Below, one piece after another: positions 29,149 through 38,089 of a stretch of DNA of 60,344 nucleotides. A model generated the notes under the pieces. That model did no database searches, was not told where the DNA came from, and saw nothing but the letters and a program-made list of their open reading frames with translations. Location: assembly GCA_016187395.1 (NCBI GenBank), contig JACPJV010000006.1:1-60344 (forward strand). Reading direction: 5' to 3'. The DNA comes from Candidatus Aenigmatarchaeota archaeon. GTDB lineage: Archaea; Aenigmatarchaeota; Aenigmatarchaeia; GW2011-AR5; JACRAC01. Position 1 is the stretch's first letter. Every line of letters starts with the position of its first letter. The translations under genes and the position numbers were made by a program.

Positions 29149-29607
29149 ATGAAAGTGCTGGAAAGAAAGGACTGGAAGTTTTTGAAGAATTCAGGTCTTG
29201 GAACAGGCGCGGGCATTGCTGGTGGTGTAGCAGGGGCGCTGCTCACAGATCTGTTTACAGATTCAAAGGCTGCAATAGCCATATGTTCCACTGCAGTCCA
29301 GTATGCTGGGGCGATAGGAACTTTTTCATGGCTTCATGCACGTGACAATCCTGACATATACAGAGGTAACGGAATATTCAGATGGAGAGACTACATATGG
29401 GATATGGCCAAATTGAATGCGGGTTTTGCTGTTCTTGATTATCTGTACGTGGTTGGAAGGCCTTTTGTTAATTACTGGCTCCTGAGGCGTGGTTATGACC
29501 CGTCAACTGCCTCTCTCCTGTCAGATGCTGTATGCATTCCGATGTACTGGACTGTGGCTCTGCCAGTTGCAAAGGCGCTTGGCGTTATAAGAGAAAGAAG
29601 AGATTAG
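29149..29607 (+). CDS. Multi-pass membrane hypothetical protein
   Basis: GGAGG SD before ATG 29149; several hydrophobic helices. Confidence 0.65.
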   Translation: MKVLERKDWKFLKNSGLGTGAGIAGGVAGALLTDLFTDSKAAIAICSTAVQYAGAIGTFSWLHARDNPDIYRGNGIFRWRDYIWDMAKLNAGFAVLDYLYVVGRPFVNYWLLRRGYDPSTASLLSDAVCIPMYWTVALPVAKALGVIRERRD

Positions 29608-29612
29608 ACTTT

Positions 29613-29936
29613 TCATTTCATAATACCTGCACGCCGCGCCCATTCGTAGGGATTTCTCAGGTATGCGCTTGCTTCCTTCACTGCTGTTTCCATCGTTCCT
29701 TGAACCAGGATAGAAGGGGGTTCTCTCAGGCTTTTGCGCCTTGCCTCCAATTCCCAGGGCATCTCCCCTCTCCTTTGCGAAGGTCCTGAGTCTATTGTAA
29801 CCGCGTACAATCTATCTTTGTCCATCTCCCATATCTTTGCGCAGGCTGCGTCACCGAACAGGGCTCTCAATTTTGCTCCATGGTTCGAATCCCTCACAGG
29901 CATGTTTTCTGTCCTGTAAACAATCCTTCCGTTCAT
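29613..29936 (-). CDS. Hypothetical protein
   Basis: Starts 2 nt after the nucleotidyltransferase stop. Confidence 0.6.
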   Translation of the reverse strand: MNGRIVYRTENMPVRDSNHGAKLRALFGDAACAKIWEMDKDRLYAVTIDSGPSQRRGEMPWELEARRKSLREPPSILVQGTMETAVKEASAYLRNPYEWARRAGIMK

Positions 29937-29938
29937 TT

Positions 29939-30676
29939 CTACCCTCCCTTCTCCACCCATCTTCTTGCCTCTTTGAGGGATTCGCTGTCGCCTATGTCAA
30001 ACCACGTTCCATTTCCGTGAAATGCATGCACGGGTGTGCGCTCTACAAACCAGGACATGAAATCGCCCAGCCTGTCTTTCTTTTCGGATTTTTCCAGATA
30101 TTCTGATATGAGCTTCAGGGAATCCACGGTCAAAAAATAGATGCCTGTGCATACGAGCGTTGATGAGGTGTGCCGGGGCTTTTCTATCACTCTGGTAATC
30201 AGGCTTTCGCTGACCTGCGGCACTCCGAATAGCTTTGCTTTTTCCCTTGAACCTATGTCGTAAACAACGTGACACGGCGTTTTCAATCTTCTGAACTGGC
30301 TTGTGAAGTGACTTAGATCAAAGGAAAAAAGGTTATCGCCCATTATCAGGATTAAATCGTCGCTTATTTTTTTCTCGCGCAATGCATAATCTACTGCCGC
30401 CACGGCGCCGAGCTTTTTCTCTGCGGAATCAGCCGGCTCAACAAACAACGTGATTTTTTTACCTATATTTTGTTTTTTTATCCATTTTTGATAGTCACCT
30501 TCAAATTTACGGTTTGTTGATATTACTATTTCATCTATTTCATCTACTTCATCCAACTTATCTATCGTACGCGACAAAACAGCCCTTTTCCCAATCTCTA
30601 TCAAAGGTTTGGAAACGTTCCTGCCTAAAATTCCCAGACGCGTTCCAAATCCGCCGCATAAAACCAAAGCTTTCAT
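29939..30676 (-). CDS. Sugar-phosphate nucleotidyltransferase
   Basis: MKALVLCGGFGTRL...SKPLI, MGDNLF, WFDIG. Confidence 0.9.
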   Translation of the reverse strand: MKALVLCGGFGTRLGILGRNVSKPLIEIGKRAVLSRTIDKLDEVDEIDEIVISTNRKFEGDYQKWIKKQNIGKKITLFVEPADSAEKKLGAVAAVDYALREKKISDDLILIMGDNLFSFDLSHFTSQFRRLKTPCHVVYDIGSREKAKLFGVPQVSESLITRVIEKPRHTSSTLVCTGIYFLTVDSLKLISEYLEKSEKKDRLGDFMSWFVERTPVHAFHGNGTWFDIGDSESLKEARRWVEKGG

Positions 30677-30713
30677 AGATGTAGAAAATGGAAAGAAAGC
30701 TTAAGAATTTCAC

Positions 30714-31187
30714 TTATGGAAATCCCAGGGATTGAGCTGCACTTGCAATATATGGATTTAGGTAAAGGATCAGAAAAAATGCTATCAAACCTGCGATGAA
30801 CCCGCCTATTGCATCAGCCTTATGATGACGCTTCAGCGAGATGCGCGTGTAGGCTATGAGAATTATTGCAATTATGGATATTATCCAGAATATCGGCGTG
30901 TTGAAAAAAGAGGATACGAGAAACCATAATATTGTTCCTCTTGTCACGTGCTGGCTTGGAAAGGATCCGGCGTCTATTTTATGCATAATATTTGAATAAT
31001 TTTGCCTTTCAGGGCGCTCGCGGAAGAATAAAATACGGAAAGGCGTGACGAACAGGTAGCTGAATAAAAATCCCGCAACAAGCCTGTAAAAAAAATGCAC
31101 GTCTGTATGCAACGCAATAACCGCTATTGCTATGTAAACAGGCGCTCCCCCTAATGAGGTTATGTCACGGAACCATTCGCTGCGCAT
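30714..31187 (-). CDS. PAP2-family membrane phosphatase
   Basis: FFRERP, SFPSQH, TRISLKRHH..D. Confidence 0.85.
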   Translation of the reverse strand: MRSEWFRDITSLGGAPVYIAIAVIALHTDVHFFYRLVAGFLFSYLFVTPFRILFFRERPERQNYSNIMHKIDAGSFPSQHVTRGTILWFLVSSFFNTPIFWIISIIAIILIAYTRISLKRHHKADAIGGFIAGLIAFFLILYLNPYIASAAQSLGFP

Positions 31188-31211
31188 GACATAACTCCGA
31201 AAAGAAATGAT

Positions 31212-31403
31212 TTAAGTATCCCTTTTCTCGAAAAGAGATTGCTGTCTATAAGCTGAAAGTGGATTCTGGCCAGAATCGTAGGCTTCTTTTCTGCCTTCCC
31301 GTTGTCGCATCCTTGCGGCCAGCTCGACTAAAAAGTTGTGCGCTTCGACAGGCGTAAAAAACTTCCGTTCTCTTACAGAATAGCAATCTTCCATAGTCAT
31401 CAC
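31212..31403 (-). CDS. Small hypothetical protein
   Basis: GAGGAG SD upstream. Confidence 0.5.
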   Translation of the reverse strand: MMTMEDCYSVRERKFFTPVEAHNFLVELAARMRQREGRKEAYDSGQNPLSAYRQQSLFEKRDT

Positions 31404-31464
31404 TACTCCTCATTAATTACTACTTCCCATTAATTATTAAGGAAAGAAAATAAAAAAACATTTC

Positions 31465-31677
31465 CTAAGCGTTTGGAGTGTATCTGGGTTCGTCGGAATG
31501 ACCATTTGGGCATGTACCGTTTCCGTTCAGCCTTGCCCTGTGGGAAACATCCTCAGACTTCCTTCTTGCCTCTGCTAATGCGTATGTCCTGACAGTCAAA
31601 GGAATTACACCCCTTCGTCCTTCCCTTATTCTGGCTCCATCCATATCTGGTCTTATCCATTGTGCCATAGTTACCAC
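31465..31677 (-). CDS. Small hypothetical protein
   Basis: 70-aa ORF co-oriented with its neighbours. Confidence 0.45.
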   Translation of the reverse strand: MVTMAQWIRPDMDGARIREGRRGVIPLTVRTYALAEARRKSEDVSHRARLNGNGTCPNGHSDEPRYTPNA

Positions 31678-31706
31678 TTAGTAGTAATTACTATATAGAA
31701 AACTAC

Positions 31707-32351
31707 TTAAGCTTTTCGGTTGTATCCTTCTTCGCCTACCAGAGGCACAAAAACGTAATAACCCAGGGATTGCCTTTCTGCCTTGCCTCTTTTCTTTTCT
31801 ATGATAAACATCTCATGGCCTACCGGGATCACCATCTTCCCGCCTTCGTTCATTTGCCTGAAGAGGCTCTGGGGTATTTCGGGCGCCTCTGCTGTTACAA
31901 TAATGCGGTCATATGGCGCCTCTTTTTCGTATCCGAGGCTGCCATCACTCAGAATGGTTTTTACATTTTTGCAGCCTTCTTTTTGCAGGTTGTTTTTTGC
32001 GAAATCATAGAGCTCTTTTAATCGCTCCACAGTCACCACAATGCCTTTTTTCCCAACAAGCTCTGCAATAACAGCTGCCTGATAGCCGCTGCCTGTGCCT
32101 ATTTCCAAAACCTTCTGGCTTTTGTGCAAATCCAATGCCTCTGTCATGGTCGCGACCGTTAGCGGTTGAGAAATAGTCTGGCCAAAGCCTATAGGCAAGG
32201 GCTCGTCCACATAGGCATGTTTTTTGTATTCCTGAGGGACAAAGCTCTCTCTTTTTATTTTTCTGAATGCTTTGATGACTTCCGGGGTTCGCAGGTATCC
32301 CAGGTCTATAAGCCGTTTTATCAGGGCTTTCTTCTCATCCTGCAAAGACAT
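31707..32351 (-). CDS. pcm: Protein-L-isoaspartate O-methyltransferase
   Basis: AYVDEPLPIGFGQTISQP, VLEIGTGSGYQAA, APYDRIIVTA, FVPLVG. Confidence 0.95.
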   Translation of the reverse strand: MSLQDEKKALIKRLIDLGYLRTPEVIKAFRKIKRESFVPQEYKKHAYVDEPLPIGFGQTISQPLTVATMTEALDLHKSQKVLEIGTGSGYQAAVIAELVGKKGIVVTVERLKELYDFAKNNLQKEGCKNVKTILSDGSLGYEKEAPYDRIIVTAEAPEIPQSLFRQMNEGGKMVIPVGHEMFIIEKKRGKAERQSLGYYVFVPLVGEEGYNRKA

Positions 32352-32409
32352 GCTAATCTATTGTTCAGGAGAAATAAGCGGTTAAATAGTTGATTATTAC
32401 GATTCATTT

Positions 32410-33540
32410 ATGTCCACAACCACGCGGGAAGAAAGAATTGCCAGGGTGAAGAGCCTGATTGAGAGAGGGATGAATGCAGAAGAAATGCATGCACAAACCG
32501 GTATCCCTATAAAGACGCTGTATCGATTTAGAATAGACGGCGCACCTCTGCCCAGGAAACGTCATTTCAGGGCGAAAAGAAAGCCAGGGATAGATATTTT
32601 ATTGGATCATTGGGAAGAGCTTCGTCCAGAAGATCTTTCGCTGCACTCGCTTGCCGAGGCAGGAGGATACCAGACTCCGCAAGGTGCCTGGGATTATCTT
32701 TCGAGAACAGTCCGGCTTGGTTTATGGAATGACAGAAAAGAGCGCCTGGAAGCAGCACGGAAAGAGGCAAGGCTGAAGCTTCTGCGGGTGCTTACGAACC
32801 CTGGAGAAAAAATTGCAGCCTTGCTTACAGGGAAAGTCTTAAGAGACGCTGAAGGACAAGGGGCGCTGCATAGAAAGGCCATAGAATATCTTATGAACAG
32901 AAAAAGAATCTCCAGAAACGTCCCTCCGGAAAACGTGCTTAGATTCGTGGAGGCTTACGAGGAGGCGGAAAGAAACGGGGAAAAACCAGGCATTCAGCCG
33001 CTTGCTGAAAGAAGCGGGATCCGTTCTTATGGAACAGGGCGGTTCATTTTAAGAAGGATTGGCAGAGAGCCTTTGAACGGATATGGCATTCCAGGAGAAA
33101 AAGCACAGGCGCTTGAAAGGGCATATGATCTTCTTGATTTTAGCTCGCAGGATTTAGAATACTATACTGGAATTTCAAGGAATTCTATTCTGTATTTCTT
33201 CAGAAAGATCAGAGAAAAGACTGGCAAAAGAAGGAAATCAAGAAAATCTATAACACAGTTCGTCGGGGTTTCTGGAAATACCCTTTGTTACAGGCATGCG
33301 AGCGAAATATACAGGGCATGGGACGCAGGGTTCAGAAGATATGACGAGATATCAGAGCTTGCTGGAAGGGACGTGAGGGTTGTCAGGTTTGCCGTAGAAA
33401 ACAGAAGAAAGGGATTGGACATAGAAAGCCTGATCGTAAATGCCCTCGGTGTGCTTTATCCTGGCCGAGGCACAGACAAACCATACCCAGGAAGCTGGCT
33501 GTCTCAAACAGGCCTGCAGAAACCCATCTCTTCCAGATAA
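32410..33540 (+). CDS. Hypothetical protein with multiple HTH-like segments
   Basis: AEEMHAQTGIPIKTLYR, SQDLEYYTGISRNSILY, YDEISELAGRDVRVVR and two further segments. Confidence 0.65.
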   Translation: MSTTTREERIARVKSLIERGMNAEEMHAQTGIPIKTLYRFRIDGAPLPRKRHFRAKRKPGIDILLDHWEELRPEDLSLHSLAEAGGYQTPQGAWDYLSRTVRLGLWNDRKERLEAARKEARLKLLRVLTNPGEKIAALLTGKVLRDAEGQGALHRKAIEYLMNRKRISRNVPPENVLRFVEAYEEAERNGEKPGIQPLAERSGIRSYGTGRFILRRIGREPLNGYGIPGEKAQALERAYDLLDFSSQDLEYYTGISRNSILYFFRKIREKTGKRRKSRKSITQFVGVSGNTLCYRHASEIYRAWDAGFRRYDEISELAGRDVRVVRFAVENRRKGLDIESLIVNALGVLYPGRGTDKPYPGSWLSQTGLQKPISSR

Positions 33541-33818
33541 GAGAGAACAGACCTGTAGGAATGCATGACTGTTGAATGGTCCCTCAAAAGCATGCGTCCT
33601 ATATTAGGATAGGACACTTCAAATCTTTCTCTCAATACATAAATTGCAACAGCTCTGGCTACTACGTGTCCGCTTCTTTGCGCTCTGCCTCTGAGGTCTG
33701 GTACAGCTATGCCTGTCCTGCGGCTTACAGCCGGAAGGACGCCTTCCAGAGTCATCCCGGCAGTTCCCATCAATTCAGCGATCATCCTTTCTGATCCGGC
33801 CCACTTATCACTGTTCAT
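33504..33818 (-). CDS. Stand-alone DnaA domain IV (C-terminal HTH)-like protein
   Basis: VVARAVAIYVLRE...SYPNIGRMLLRDHSTVMHSYR; ATG overlaps the upstream stop (ATGA). Confidence 0.75.
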   Translation of the reverse strand: MNSDKWAGSERMIAELMGTAGMTLEGVLPAVSRRTGIAVPDLRGRAQRSGHVVARAVAIYVLRERFEVSYPNIGRMLLRDHSTVMHSYRSVLSYLEEMGFCRPV

Positions 33819-33991
33819 TCTTTCACCTTCTTTTTCATTCTGCGTTTCGCTTTTCTTTTCGCATCTTCTTCCATAATAACAGGCCCGCGATAGCCGCAGT
33901 TGTTGCATAGGTAGAATATTCCTAAGACACCTCCCATCCATATGCCTATAGGGCCTTTCCTGCATTTTGGGCAGATTTTGTCGGCAGGCAT
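33815..33991 (-). CDS. Small Zn-ribbon protein (58 aa, not in the ORF track)
   Basis: Manual translation MPADKICPKCRKGPIGIWMGGVLGIFYLCNNCGYRGPVIMEEDAKRK...; starts 2 nt after the srp54 stop. Confidence 0.75.
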   Translation of the reverse strand: MPADKICPKCRKGPIGIWMGGVLGIFYLCNNCGYRGPVIMEEDAKRKAKRRMKKKVKE

Positions 33992-33993
33992 TT

Positions 33994-35319
33994 CTACAAC
34001 CCCAGTCCTTTCATCCCGCCGAACTGGCGCAGGAGCTTTGCCATATTGCCTCTCTTCATATTTGCAGGGGAAAACTGCTTCATCATTTTCTTTATTTTGT
34101 TGTAATTGCCCAGAAGCTCGCGCACGTCCTGCTCGCTTGTTCCGGAGCCCTTGGCTATCCTGGATATTCTTGGTGTGTTTATTATATCCGGGCTCTGCCT
34201 CTCATGCCTCGTCATAGAATTCATTATGTGTTTCCACTTGCGCATTTTCTCTTCCTGCACAGAAAGAAGGTCCTTTGGCACCTTGCCCCCGAGTCCTATC
34301 ATGTCTACGATCTGCCCTAATGGTCCCATGCTCTGCATTGATTCCATCTGCTTTATGAAATCCTCCAGGTCAAAATCTGCTTTCGCAATTTTTTCCGTAA
34401 GCTCGGGTTTTACAGCTGCCTTTGCTTTTTCGAGTAATGTCTCCAAATCAGGCATTCCGACAAGCCTTGCAACGAAGCGCTTGCTGTCGTATATTTCCAG
34501 CTTATCAGGCTGCTCGCCGACGGTCACAAAGATGACCTTTGCCCCTGTCTCGTAGCATGCTGTGAGCGCGCCTCCTCCTTTTGCTGTTGCATCCAGCTTT
34601 GTTACTATGACGTCAGTGATTCCCAGAGCCTTTTGGAACGCGGAAGATTGCTCCTTTGCAGCCTGTCCTATATCGGCAGGAATAACAAGTATGCGCTCGT
34701 CAGGCTTTGCTTCTGATGCCACGGATTTTATTTCCTTTACCAGATTTTCATCGAGGGCATCGCGACCAGAGGAATCGAATATGATAACGTCTGTTTTTGT
34801 TTTTTGCAGGGCATTCTTTGCGATCTTTGCTGCATTTATTTCGCCCTTCTCGCCGTAGAACTGCGCACCTATCTGCTGCGACAGCTGGTGCAGCTGCTCA
34901 TACGCGGCAGGCCTGACCGTGTCGCAGCATACCAATCCCACGGAAAACCCTTTTTTCTGGTAAAATCTCGCAAGCTTTGCTGCTGTAGTAGTCTTTCCGG
35001 ATCCAAAAAGCCCGACAAGAAGCATCTTCTTGGGCTTTATTTTTATTTCCGGCTTTTCGCCGCCCATTATTGATGCTAATTCATCGTAAACAGTCTTCAC
35101 TACCAATTCCCTGCGAGTCATTCCAGCAGGAAGTTTGCCAAGAGATTTCTTTCTTATATTCTCTGCAAGCTCTTCTGCGAGATGCACGTTCACGTCGCCT
35201 CCAACCAGCGCGCGCTTTATCTCGCCTACTAATTCACTGACAGCTTTCTCATCAACGCTGCCTATATTTGATATCTTCTGCAGCGCGCTGCGCAGTTTTT
35301 TTGAAAGTGATTCCAGCAT
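33994..35319 (-). CDS. srp54: Signal recognition particle protein SRP54
   Basis: GLFGSGKTTT, DTVRPAAYEQL, TKLDATAKGGGALT, M domain MNSMT..ER...RIAKGSG. Confidence 0.97.
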   Translation of the reverse strand: MLESLSKKLRSALQKISNIGSVDEKAVSELVGEIKRALVGGDVNVHLAEELAENIRKKSLGKLPAGMTRRELVVKTVYDELASIMGGEKPEIKIKPKKMLLVGLFGSGKTTTAAKLARFYQKKGFSVGLVCCDTVRPAAYEQLHQLSQQIGAQFYGEKGEINAAKIAKNALQKTKTDVIIFDSSGRDALDENLVKEIKSVASEAKPDERILVIPADIGQAAKEQSSAFQKALGITDVIVTKLDATAKGGGALTACYETGAKVIFVTVGEQPDKLEIYDSKRFVARLVGMPDLETLLEKAKAAVKPELTEKIAKADFDLEDFIKQMESMQSMGPLGQIVDMIGLGGKVPKDLLSVQEEKMRKWKHIMNSMTRHERQSPDIINTPRISRIAKGSGTSEQDVRELLGNYNKIKKMMKQFSPANMKRGNMAKLLRQFGGMKGLGL

Positions 35320-35343
35320 GAACAGAAATTGCGCTTAAACACT

Positions 35344-36060
35344 TTAAAGCCTTTTGGGAGTTCCCTCCAGTCCCCACGGATTGGCAAGGTTTTCCGGATC
35401 GTACAACCCTCTTGATATCATAACATCTCTTGCAGTATTATCCAGCCTGTATAATGAATCTGCCAGGGAAAGCCATACCCGGCTTTGGTTCATACTGCGC
35501 ATAGCATGCAGAACTGTGTCTGCATCCTGCTCGCCTCTGTAAGCCCTTGCATTTCTCAGGGCGTCATATCTTTCGCATGCACCAACAAGAAGTTCGATGG
35601 TGTTCTTTTCACGTCTTCTGGTCTTTCTTCCACCCCTTTTTCTCGGGCTTTCCGTCTGGTCTCTATATTGATCTACTACGGTATGATGATCCCTTGCTGT
35701 TTCTGCTACAACAGAGGGAAGTCCGTTGCCTGTACCGGTCAATAACAGGTATCCAAGCTCGGTGTGCCTGCCTACTTCTCTTTTTTCTTCTGCTGTAAAA
35801 TCTCCGGGCTTTTTAAGCAGTTCCGGTCTTGGAAGCATTATCTTTCCTACGTCGTGCACCAGCGCTGATTTAACTGCATCAGGGTCTCCTCCAAGAAGTA
35901 CGACGGAAACCCCTGTCCTGACTGAATGAGGATAGGTGTCAATACCGTATTTTATGTCGTGGCGCCTTATCAATTCTAAAAATCTTAGGATACCAGGGTC
36001 TGAAACAGCTCTAAGCACGTAATCAACCGCACTCTCCACTCCTTCTCGGACATCACTCAT
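35344..36060 (-). CDS. HD-GYP-like phosphohydrolase
   Basis: HSVRT, LVHDVGKI, LLKKPG.FT.EE, HTELG, DHH, YDAL...RAYR. Confidence 0.75.
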   Translation of the reverse strand: MSDVREGVESAVDYVLRAVSDPGILRFLELIRRHDIKYGIDTYPHSVRTGVSVVLLGGDPDAVKSALVHDVGKIMLPRPELLKKPGDFTAEEKREVGRHTELGYLLLTGTGNGLPSVVAETARDHHTVVDQYRDQTESPRKRGGRKTRRREKNTIELLVGACERYDALRNARAYRGEQDADTVLHAMRSMNQSRVWLSLADSLYRLDNTARDVMISRGLYDPENLANPWGLEGTPKRL

Positions 36061-36122
36061 GAAATCACCATAAATCTTGAACAAACTTGAATATAAAAGA
36101 AAATGATTTCAAAGGCAGGGCA

Positions 36123-36875
36123 TTAGATCCTGTCTCCCATCATCTCATTCATCAGCCTGAAGGCGTCTGATTCTGCATCGGAAAGAAATCTGCCATAAGC
36201 GGTTCCTGCCATCTTTCTTCTCATCCTTCTGATTCTTTCTGCCGCATTTCTCTGGACATCGCTTTCCTTTCTTAAAAACCCGCTTTCCTCAAGTTCGTGC
36301 GCCAGAACATGGAATTTGCCTCTGTACGACAGGTCTCTGTCTACAAGCAGGAATTCGCCTCTGTCATAATCGCGAAAATGACCCGGATATTTGTCCCTGC
36401 TGACCCTGAATCCGTGCACCCTGTGACCTGTCATCTGTTCTATTGCCTCTATTGGCAATTCAAATACTTCTCTGCCCTCTCTTTTTGCATCATCAAGAAG
36501 CATCTTGTATAATCCTTCGTACTCACGTTCGCCTTCTTCCCCAAGCAGGTACGGGAAAGCAGGTTTCCTTTCCGGCTGTTGCTGGGGTGGCTGAGCTCTG
36601 GGTTTCCGGGATTCCCTGTACTCGTTGACAGCAGCGCTGACTGCATTTAGATTCAATTTCACAGGTGCGTAAGGACCGTCCTTAGGATCTTCGCCCAGTA
36701 CAGAGGTTATGCCGAGCGCGTCTGCCAAAGCCGCTGCATATCTGCGAGTGCTTCCTGCAGGCGCAGAACGCCAGCTGAAGGGCAGTTTTGCCCTGTTCCA
36801 GCTAACCCTGTAGCCTGCGTCCTTGTCTCCCTTCACCCATTCATCGTCCTGAAGCATCAGATCTGCAAATGCCAT
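36123..36875 (-). CDS. Hypothetical protein with HELEE zincin-like motif
   Basis: FHVLAHELEE; GGTGA SD upstream. Confidence 0.65.
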   Translation of the reverse strand: MAFADLMLQDDEWVKGDKDAGYRVSWNRAKLPFSWRSAPAGSTRRYAAALADALGITSVLGEDPKDGPYAPVKLNLNAVSAAVNEYRESRKPRAQPPQQQPERKPAFPYLLGEEGEREYEGLYKMLLDDAKREGREVFELPIEAIEQMTGHRVHGFRVSRDKYPGHFRDYDRGEFLLVDRDLSYRGKFHVLAHELEESGFLRKESDVQRNAAERIRRMRRKMAGTAYGRFLSDAESDAFRLMNEMMGDRI

Positions 36876-36893
36876 AACATCACCTACATATTC

Positions 36894-37337
36894 CTAATCT
36901 CTCGAAACATACCTTCCAAATGCCCTTGAAAACAGGCTTCCCCTGAAGACAATCCCGCCTCTGAAACCGCCCTCCCCGTTCCACAGGTTCGGATTTGTGT
37001 ATGCATTATTCATGACTGCCGCAAGTTCATCCGCGGCCCGCCTGTCTGATGCATCGGGCAAAGCCGTTTCCATCGAATATCTGAAGCCTGCCCTTCTTGC
37101 ATCCTCCACAACTTCCATTAGTCTGGTATCGCCTCTTACCCAAGCATCAACTCCCATATATCCAGTACCCTCTGCCAGATAAAGCTCCATCTCCTGCGGA
37201 GTTTTTGTAAGCATTCTTATATCAGGCAGCTCTGCCTCTATCTTCGCCCTCGAAGCAGGGCAGTCAAAAAACGCGTAAGCCTTTCCGATGGTCATGATAT
37301 CACCTAATTTTACTGATGTCTGGCAACCTACGGCCAT
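36894..37337 (-). CDS. Hypothetical protein
   Basis: ORF; true start probably MTIGK after GGTGA. Confidence 0.6.
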   Translation of the reverse strand: MAVGCQTSVKLGDIMTIGKAYAFFDCPASRAKIEAELPDIRMLTKTPQEMELYLAEGTGYMGVDAWVRGDTRLMEVVEDARRAGFRYSMETALPDASDRRAADELAAVMNNAYTNPNLWNGEGGFRGGIVFRGSLFSRAFGRYVSRD

Positions 37338-37714
37338 TTCGGCCTAACTATTTTTCCTTGCCTCTCAGCGGCTTCAAATGAATCTATTACGCGACCTCCC
37401 AGAAACTTATATTCGCTAGGCTTCTCCCTGAGAGGAGACGTATCGAGAGGTATATCTACAATCCTAACATATGCCTTACGGACTTCTGCTTCTTTAAGTT
37501 TTCTTCCCAATTCCTTAACCTCCCTTCTGCGTTCTCTCATCTCCTGATATACAGGCGTGTTTCTGAGATTTCTAAGTTCTGCAGCTTTTCTGTCGCGCCT
37601 GAAATTTCCGACAGCAGCTCCTACATTGCCTGTCGCCAAAGGAGCAACATAACGCTCAATCATCCTGTCGCTCCAAGTCGGGTTTGCTACTCTGTTTGCT
37701 ATTCTGTATCCCAC
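37328..37714 (-). CDS. Hypothetical protein
   Basis: GTG start after GGTGA. Confidence 0.55.
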   Translation of the reverse strand: MGYRIANRVANPTWSDRMIERYVAPLATGNVGAAVGNFRRDRKAAELRNLRNTPVYQEMRERRREVKELGRKLKEAEVRKAYVRIVDIPLDTSPLREKPSEYKFLGGRVIDSFEAAERQGKIVRPKWP

Positions 37715-37821
37715 AAAATCACCTGCCTAAATATGGCTCCGCAAGGTATTTAAAGTTTTCGCTTCTGGAAAGTAGTGACAGGGTATTTAAATGCTCCAAA
37801 TAGCTGCATACAGGGATTTTT

Positions 37822-37992
37822 ATGGCTGCGAAGACGGTTTCTATCATGAAAGCCAAAAGCAAAAGCAGCCTTATGGATATAGCCGGCATTCTTACAAAGA
37901 AGGAATCGGAGCTGCTCAGAAAAAGCGTGAAGGAAACGAGGCTCGCCATGAGGAAGAGAATCGGGAAAACGGCAAAGAGGTTGTCTAAATGA
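37822..37992 (+). pseudogene. Internally deleted orphan VapB (DUF217-type) antitoxin
   Basis: MAAKTVSI-MKAKSKSSLMDIAGILTKKESELLRK...; lacks the central EEAY..L...SFSDVV core present in the paralog at 60208; no toxin follows. Confidence 0.55.
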
Positions 37993-38089
37993 ATGCACGG
38001 CGAGTGAATGGACATTGAATAAAAAGGGTTGGGAATGATTCACCCTTGAAAATTCTGAAATATTAATATCCTCAAACCATAGTTTTCCT

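Noticed and set aside
29878-29900. GGTTCGAATCCC T-loop-like motif
   Set aside because: No acceptor, D or anticodon stems; lies within a CDS
31682-31693. TAGTAATTACTA palindrome
   Set aside because: Short and AT-rich, so plausible by chance
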